The position numbers and the translations under genes are program-made. From positions 1-41,248 of the forward strand of contig JAGAOE010000090.1 in assembly GCA_017623885.1 (NCBI GenBank): a DNA stretch of 41,248 bases, written 5' to 3'. Of this stretch, positions 35,276 to 41,248 are shown in pieces. The DNA is from Eubacterium sp. (GTDB lineage: Bacteria; Bacillota; Clostridia; Lachnospirales; Lachnospiraceae). Numbering within the stretch: the first letter of the stretch is position 1; every line of letters starts with the position of its first letter. Under the pieces are notes generated by a model. The model did not search any database and had not been told where the DNA came from. It saw only the letters and a program-made list of their open reading frames with translations.

Positions 35276-36088
35276 ATGGAATTACAACGTTTATACAGCT
35301 ATGTCAGACAAGCGGTAGAACAGTATGGCATGATATGTGCAGGAGATCACATTGCGGTCGGTATATCGGGTGGAAAAGATTCGCTGACGTTGCTTTATGC
35401 ACTGGCGGGACTGCGGCGTTTTTATCCAAAGCCGTTTTCACTTACAGCGATAACCGTGCATCTTGGATGGGAGGAGATGGATTTTGCACCGATTGGTGCG
35501 TTGTGTGAGAAGCTGCAGGTGCCTTATGAGATTGTTCATACGCAGATTGCAGAGATTATATTTGATGTCCGAAAGGAAAAACATCCGTGCGCACTGTGTG
35601 CAAAGCTGAGAAAAGGCGCGTTGAATGAGCGTGCATTGGCACTCGGATGCAACAAAATCGCATATGCACACCATAGAGACGATTTTGTGGAGACGACGTT
35701 TTTGTCACTGTTGCAGGAGGGGCGTTTTTCCAGCCTTTCGCCGCAGTATGTATTAGAGCGAACCGGGCTGACGCTGATTCGTCCGATGATGTATTTGCCG
35801 GAGGCGCAGATTCGGGGATTTTGTAAAAAATATGAATTGCCGGTCGTTAAAAACGTATGTCCGGCGGATGGAAATACAGCACGCGAACGGGTAAAACAAT
35901 CATTGCGTCAGTTGCAGATGGATTATCCCAATATGCGGGAGCGTATTTTTACAGCGATTTGTCAGGCGCAGTTCGATGACTGGTTGACGATGACAGAAAA
36001 AAGGGAGGAACTTGAAAATGGAGATGACAATGAACAGAAAAATGCGACAGATGGGTTTGAGCGGAACGACGGACCCGCAGGTGCGTGA
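35276..36088 (+). CDS. ttcA: tRNA 2-thiocytidine(32) synthetase TtcA family
   Basis: PP-loop SGGKDS, PCALCAKLRKG, AHHRDD, LIRPM, CPADG. Confidence 0.85.
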   Translation: MELQRLYSYVRQAVEQYGMICAGDHIAVGISGGKDSLTLLYALAGLRRFYPKPFSLTAITVHLGWEEMDFAPIGALCEKLQVPYEIVHTQIAEIIFDVRKEKHPCALCAKLRKGALNERALALGCNKIAYAHHRDDFVETTFLSLLQEGRFSSLSPQYVLERTGLTLIRPMMYLPEAQIRGFCKKYELPVVKNVCPADGNTARERVKQSLRQLQMDYPNMRERIFTAICQAQFDDWLTMTEKREELENGDDNEQKNATDGFERNDGPAGA

Positions 36089-38540
36089 ATATGAAATTGA
36101 ACATCGGAAGGTGGCGCGAAAAGCGGCGGCAGACGGTATGGTGCTGCTGAAGAATGAGAATGAATTTTTGCCGCTGGCACCCGGTGCGCGTTTGGCACTG
36201 TATGGTGCAGGTGCATTGCAGACTATTAAAGGCGGTACGGGTTCCGGCGATGTCAATGTGCGTGAGACGGTCAGCGTGTACGAAGGATTGAAACAGGCGG
36301 GCTATGAAATTGTAAATGAAGCGTGGATGGAATCCTATAAAGAACATTATCGAGAGGCACGTGAAGAATGGCGCGATAAAATTTGGATTGAAGCAGAACG
36401 CTTACGTGCAGAAGGCTGCGGAGACCCGGTGTTTGTCGCGTATACGAGCCATCAGTTTGGTCTTCCGGCAGGAGATGCACCGACTGCAGTGGAAGCAGAT
36501 GCGGCAGTGTATGTAATCGCACGTATTGCGGGAGAGGCAAAGGATCGTCAGGCGTGTCCGGGAGATTATTATCTGAGTGAAGAAGAGCATGAGGCATTGC
36601 GTCTGTTATGCGAGCAGCATGAAAAGGTGCTGGTTGTCATTAATTCGGGCAGTTTGATTGATTTGTCATTTTTGGATGAGATGCCGCAAATTCGCGCACT
36701 GCTCTATATGGGACAGCCGGGAATGGAGGCTGGAAATGCGTTGGCAGATGTGCTGAGCGGAGCAGTGACACCGAGTGCAAAGCTGACAGATAGCTGGCCG
36801 TATCGTTATGAGGATTATCCGAACGCATCTACGTTTTCACATATGAATGGTGATACTTCGACCGAACGTTATGAGGAGGGTATTTATGTAGGCTATCGCT
36901 ATTTTGATACATTTGAGGTTCCGGTGAGATATGGATTTGGATTTGGCTTGTCTTATACGACCTTCACGATACGTGTCGTACATCTGAGTTTTATTCATCC
37001 GAATACAAAGCAGGCGACCGTGCGTATCGTAGCGGAAGTGACAAATACCGGAACGGTGGCAGGAAGAGAAGTCGTACAGGTCTATGCATCCTGTCCGCAG
37101 AAAAATATGACGAAAGAGTATCGTCGTCTGGTAGGCTTTACAAAGACCGGTGTCATTGAGCCGGGAAAATTGGAGGATGTAGAGATACTGATTCCGATTT
37201 CCGGTCTTGCTTCTTACAGCGATAAGGCGCCGGGCTGGCTGTTGGATAGCGGCACGTATGGATTTTTTGTGGGCAGCAGCTTGCAGGAGGCGAAGTTTGC
37301 AGCATCTGTCGAATTGACGAGAAACAGTTTGCTGGTAAAAACAGACAATATCTGTCCGTTACAGACATCGTTGGAGGAACTGGAATGCCCGACGGAGAGT
37401 GTACTTGCGCGGCGTGCGAAATGGCATTCGCTGGTGTGTAAAAACCCTGCAATTGATGTGCCTGCACAGATGCTGGTGACGAGACATATCGTAAAATACG
37501 GCCAGGAAGATAAGCGAATTTCAGAAGAGATCTGGAAACAGACAAAAGCCCTTTCGACAGAGCAGTTGATGCATCTGGTGATAGGAGAAATGGGACTTTC
37601 ACAGGGAACCATCGGTGCAGCAGGAAATGCGGTGCCGGGTTCGGCAGCGCAGACGAGCGGTTGTGCGATGGAACAGGGAATCGCGAGCATTGTGCTGGCA
37701 GACGGTCCGGCGGGACTGCGTCTGACGAAGGAATATACAGTCGAGAACGGTGTGCCTAAATTGATGCCGATCGAGGCAAATCTGGAAAATGGATATTTGT
37801 ATCGAGGCAAATTGGATGAAAATGCAGAAAAATATTACCAGTACAGTACGGCATTTCCAACCGGTACACAGCTTGCGCAGAGCTGGGATTTGCAGTTGCT
37901 GGAGCAAATCGGTGAAGCGGTAGCTGAGGAGCTGAAAGAATTTGGTGTAACATTATGGCTGGCACCCGGTATGAATATTCACAGAAACCCGCTGTGCGGA
38001 CGCAATTATGAATATTATTCGGAAGACCCGTTGCTCTCCGGCAGACTGGCAGGTGCTATCACAAAGGGCGTGCAGGCAAAAGGCGGTGTCGGCACGACGA
38101 TTAAGCACTTTGCGTGCAACAATCAGGAGGATAACCGTACCGGCTCTGACAGTGTGATATCAGAGCGCGCACTGCGTGAAATTTATCTGAAGGGCTTTGA
38201 GTATGCAGTGTGTGAGCAGCAGCCGTTGTCCATCATGACGAGCTATAATCTGATTAACGGCGTGCATGCAGCAAACAATTATGATTTGTGTACAAAGGTC
38301 GTGCGTGATGAGTGGGAATTTGAGGGAGTCATTATGACCGATTGGGTGACAACAGTGGGAGAAGACTGTACGGCAGCAGGATGTATGCGTGCAGGAAATG
38401 ACCTTGTGATGCCCGGTATGATGTCGGATTATGAGAACCTGAAAAAAGAATTAGAAGCAGGTACACTGACTGAGCTGGAGCTGCGCCGCGCAGTCGCACA
38501 CCTGCTTCCGGTAGTATTCCAATCAGAACACTACGAATAG
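36018..38540 (+). CDS. GH3 beta-glucosidase with permuted domain order
   Basis: MVLLKNE...GGTGSG (GH3_C) first, then YEEGIYVGYRYF and Fn3-like domain, then ADGPAGLR, RNYEYYSEDP, KHFACN and nucleophile IMTDW near the C-terminus; ATG 36018 after GGAGG. Confidence 0.9.
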   Translation: MEMTMNRKMRQMGLSGTTDPQVREYEIEHRKVARKAAADGMVLLKNENEFLPLAPGARLALYGAGALQTIKGGTGSGDVNVRETVSVYEGLKQAGYEIVNEAWMESYKEHYREAREEWRDKIWIEAERLRAEGCGDPVFVAYTSHQFGLPAGDAPTAVEADAAVYVIARIAGEAKDRQACPGDYYLSEEEHEALRLLCEQHEKVLVVINSGSLIDLSFLDEMPQIRALLYMGQPGMEAGNALADVLSGAVTPSAKLTDSWPYRYEDYPNASTFSHMNGDTSTERYEEGIYVGYRYFDTFEVPVRYGFGFGLSYTTFTIRVVHLSFIHPNTKQATVRIVAEVTNTGTVAGREVVQVYASCPQKNMTKEYRRLVGFTKTGVIEPGKLEDVEILIPISGLASYSDKAPGWLLDSGTYGFFVGSSLQEAKFAASVELTRNSLLVKTDNICPLQTSLEELECPTESVLARRAKWHSLVCKNPAIDVPAQMLVTRHIVKYGQEDKRISEEIWKQTKALSTEQLMHLVIGEMGLSQGTIGAAGNAVPGSAAQTSGCAMEQGIASIVLADGPAGLRLTKEYTVENGVPKLMPIEANLENGYLYRGKLDENAEKYYQYSTAFPTGTQLAQSWDLQLLEQIGEAVAEELKEFGVTLWLAPGMNIHRNPLCGRNYEYYSEDPLLSGRLAGAITKGVQAKGGVGTTIKHFACNNQEDNRTGSDSVISERALREIYLKGFEYAVCEQQPLSIMTSYNLINGVHAANNYDLCTKVVRDEWEFEGVIMTDWVTTVGEDCTAAGCMRAGNDLVMPGMMSDYENLKKELEAGTLTELELRRAVAHLLPVVFQSEHYE

Positions 38541-39829
38541 AATTGTTTTAAGAACTCACAGAGCGCCTGCTGGTCGCACAGACTCATCGTCTCTCGTGCG
38601 GAGTGCATGGCAAGAATCGGAACGCCGATGTCTGCACACCGCACAGGCAGCAAGGCGGCAGCGATGCTGCCCAGCGTACCGCCGCCGCGCTCATCTGAGT
38701 GGTTGACAAATTTCTGATAAGGAAGTTGCTTTGCATCACAGAGCTGCTGAATGATGGCAATGACTTCGCTGTCCGTTGCGTAGCTCTGGCTGCAAGCCTG
38801 CTTGATGACAAAACCTTTGCCGGGAATACATTTGTGCACCGGATCATAGTGGCTGTCGTAGGCAGGGTGGAGTGCGTGTGCGACATCGACTGACATCATC
38901 AGCGAGTGGTACAGGGCATCTTCGTATTGCATGGTATGGTAACCAAGACCGTGATATATTTTTTTCAAAGTCTGCGGGAGAAGCTGGCTGTCAGCGCCTT
39001 GCTTGGTGCGGCTGCCAATCTCTTCGTGGTCAAATACGACAAAGACATTGATGCCGGCAGAACGGTCGGTATCCGTCAATGCTTCGAACAAAGCGCAGAC
39101 AGAAGTGAGGTCGTCTAATCGGGGCGCTTGGAAAAAGTCCTGATTTGCACCGATACAGCATCCGTTTTCAAAATTATAGACATTCAATTCATAATCTAAA
39201 ATTTCATCAGGCGTACAATCCAGTTCGTCAGCGAGAAGCTTTCGAAGAACGCCGTCAGAGACCGCTTCACCTGTCAATCCGAGCAGAGGGAGCATCTGTG
39301 TCTGCTTTTTTAATTCCACACCTTTATTCATATCTCGCAAAAGATGCACTGCCACATTGGGAATCGTGAGCAATGGACGTTTAAAATCAATCAGTTTTAC
39401 ACGAGGGGCGAAGGGGTCATCTGAGCGCAAAATCACTTTTCCTGCAAGCGATAGCGGGCGGTCAAGCCAGCTCATGTGATTGACGCCACCATAGCCTTCG
39501 GTGTTGAGACGGATATAACCGTCTTTGCAAAGCTCCGGCTGTGGTTTAACGCGAAATCCCGGAAAATCGCCGTGCGCTGCACCGATACGAAATCCGTCAC
39601 AAGGCGAGACATCGCTGCCGATACAAAAAGCGATGAGGCAGGATGCATAAGGTGTGACAAAATATTTTCCACCGGGAGTGAGCGACCATGCTGATGTATG
39701 GTCGAGTGCGGAAAAACCGCATGCTTTTAAACGCTCAGAGAGCGTAGTAATCGTATGATAAGGGGAAGTCGCATGCTCCAAAAAGGACATCAGAGTCTGC
39801 GTCTGTTGTGATGACTGCGATAAATTCAT
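38531..39829 (-). CDS. M18 family (aspartyl) aminopeptidase
   Basis: AAHGDFP, SWLDRPLSLAG, PRLDDL, FDHEEIGS, SVDVAHA.HP, GGGTLG, LAMHSARE. Confidence 0.92.
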   Translation of the reverse strand: MNLSQSSQQTQTLMSFLEHATSPYHTITTLSERLKACGFSALDHTSAWSLTPGGKYFVTPYASCLIAFCIGSDVSPCDGFRIGAAHGDFPGFRVKPQPELCKDGYIRLNTEGYGGVNHMSWLDRPLSLAGKVILRSDDPFAPRVKLIDFKRPLLTIPNVAVHLLRDMNKGVELKKQTQMLPLLGLTGEAVSDGVLRKLLADELDCTPDEILDYELNVYNFENGCCIGANQDFFQAPRLDDLTSVCALFEALTDTDRSAGINVFVVFDHEEIGSRTKQGADSQLLPQTLKKIYHGLGYHTMQYEDALYHSLMMSVDVAHALHPAYDSHYDPVHKCIPGKGFVIKQACSQSYATDSEVIAIIQQLCDAKQLPYQKFVNHSDERGGGTLGSIAAALLPVRCADIGVPILAMHSARETMSLCDQQALCEFLKQFYS

Positions 39830-40097
39830 ATTCGTTTTCCTTCCTTTCGTTTTGTAACATTCGATAACTATTCTTATAGTGAAATATTAGCGTAACTGTT
39901 CAGAACCCATCTCGAAATACGATGTATGGGCTCGGAGCAGTTATATTTTAGCAGATGTAGGAAAAAATGTCAGAAAAATATATCCATCTGTTATAGTTTT
40001 GTGCTATTATCATAAAATATGCGTAACAAAAGCTGTGCTGAGGTAGAAACTTATAGGCGCGCAATAGTTACAAGTATGCAAGGGAGGAATTACAAAA

Positions 40098-41057
40098 ATG
40101 AAGATATTTGTAGTCGGCTGCGGGCGATGGGGAACTTTCATCGCATGGTATTTGGACTCAATCGGCCATGAAGTCACGTTATATGGAAGAGAAAGCTCAA
40201 AAAATATGCAGCAATTGATGAAAACGCGAAAAAATGAATATATTACGTTGCCGGAATCTTTAACGCTCACAAATGAGCTTCACGCAGTTACGGAGGCTGA
40301 GACGGTCGTTATATCGATCGGCTCACAGAATCTGCAGTCATTATGTGAAACATTGGCATCGTATGAGTTGAAGTATAAAACCTTCGTACTTTGTATGAAA
40401 GGAATCGAAATCGCTACCGGACGTCGCTTGTCACAGATTATGGAGGATAACATTGATGCGTCAAACCGCGTCGCAGTCTGGCTGGGACCGGGACATGTAG
40501 AAGAGTTTTATCGTGGTGTACCGAATTGTATGGTAATAGACAGTAGCCATGATGCGACCAAGCAAAATCTGATTGAACAGTTTTCCAGCAATCTGATTCG
40601 TTTTTATTATGGAATGGATTTGGTCGGAAACGAAATCGGCGGAGCTGCAAAAAATGTAATCGGTATTGCGGCAGGGATGTTGGACGGAGTCGGACGTGCA
40701 TCGTTAAAAGGGCCGTTGATGGCACGCGGACCGCGTGAAATCGCCAGACTGATCAAAGCGATGGGGGGCAATGAATTTTCTGCGTATGGCTTATGTCATT
40801 TGGGAGATTATGAAGCGACGCTGTTTTCTGCACACAGTCACAATCGCATGTTTGGAGAACATTTTATTAAAAATCAGGAATACGACAAACTGGCAGAAGG
40901 CTATTATACAGTCAAGGCGTTGGTAGCGCTTGGAGAACGTTATCAGGTCGATTTGCCGATTTGTGAGACGGTATATGCGATGCTTTATAAAGATTTGTCA
41001 CCGGAAACTGCACTGGAAGAGCTGTTTGGAAGAAGCTTGAAAGGTGAGTTTGTCTGA
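40098..41057 (+). CDS. gpsA: NAD(P)H-dependent glycerol-3-phosphate dehydrogenase family protein (divergent)
   Basis: Rossmann GCGRWG, CMKGIE, GGAAKNVIGIAAG, AEGYYT, VDLPI; AGGGAGG RBS. Confidence 0.75.
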   Translation: MKIFVVGCGRWGTFIAWYLDSIGHEVTLYGRESSKNMQQLMKTRKNEYITLPESLTLTNELHAVTEAETVVISIGSQNLQSLCETLASYELKYKTFVLCMKGIEIATGRRLSQIMEDNIDASNRVAVWLGPGHVEEFYRGVPNCMVIDSSHDATKQNLIEQFSSNLIRFYYGMDLVGNEIGGAAKNVIGIAAGMLDGVGRASLKGPLMARGPREIARLIKAMGGNEFSAYGLCHLGDYEATLFSAHSHNRMFGEHFIKNQEYDKLAEGYYTVKALVALGERYQVDLPICETVYAMLYKDLSPETALEELFGRSLKGEFV

Positions 41058-41248
41058 GATGGGATAATTGTATAGCGCATAAAAAGAATGTGTGCTATGA
41101 TGAAAAAGATGAGCTGTCGTATTAGTGAAGTGCAGTGATAAATCATAGGCGAGTGCAAAACTTCTATTTTCTTTATCGAAAATGTGCAACATCACCAAAC
41201 CACCGCAGATACGCTTGCGCTACCCTCGTCTCGTAATGGTACATAAGA

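Noticed and set aside
41058-41248. Possible promoter or repeat at the right window edge
   Set aside because: Truncated context and no motif that can be assigned

Overview
A 41 kb chromosomal window from a low-GC Gram-positive gut anaerobe; gene content and promoter style suggest Lachnospiraceae, Roseburia-like (inference). Left to right: (1) a beta-mannan oligosaccharide utilisation locus (LacI-type and AraC regulators, ABC transporter, mannobiose 2-epimerase, two GH130 phosphorylases, CE2 and CE17-like esterases, ManA). (2) An iron-associated cluster (flavodoxin, DUF3793-like protein, atypical Cys-rich Fur-like regulator, GxxxG small membrane protein, DFSCA-motif P1B-6 ATPase, unannotated 26-aa microprotein) that looks like a ferrosome (fezAB-like) locus, with a shared GTTAG-N6-CTAAC operator at two promoters. 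(3) A Trp T-box controlling a stand-alone trpB. (4) A run of small accessory genes with a two-component system. (5) HAD hydrolase, NhaC-family transporter, HD-GYP protein, a candidate anti-RBS sRNA and an alpha/beta hydrolase. (6) An FMN riboswitch carrying a 25-nt insertion, controlling ribU plus a creatininase/ArfB-family amidohydrolase. (7) A large cNMP-binding-domain protein of unknown function, ttcA, a domain-permuted GH3, an M18 aminopeptidase and a divergent gpsA-like gene. Intergenic regions carry a recurring 58-bp palindromic element (TTTCATAGGAAAG...CTTTCCTATGAAA), sometimes with a structured ~100-nt tail and usually placed right behind terminators, plus a 326-bp MITE-like element. 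No tRNA, rRNA, CRISPR array, integrase or transposase was seen. All family assignments come from motif recognition by eye, not database searches.
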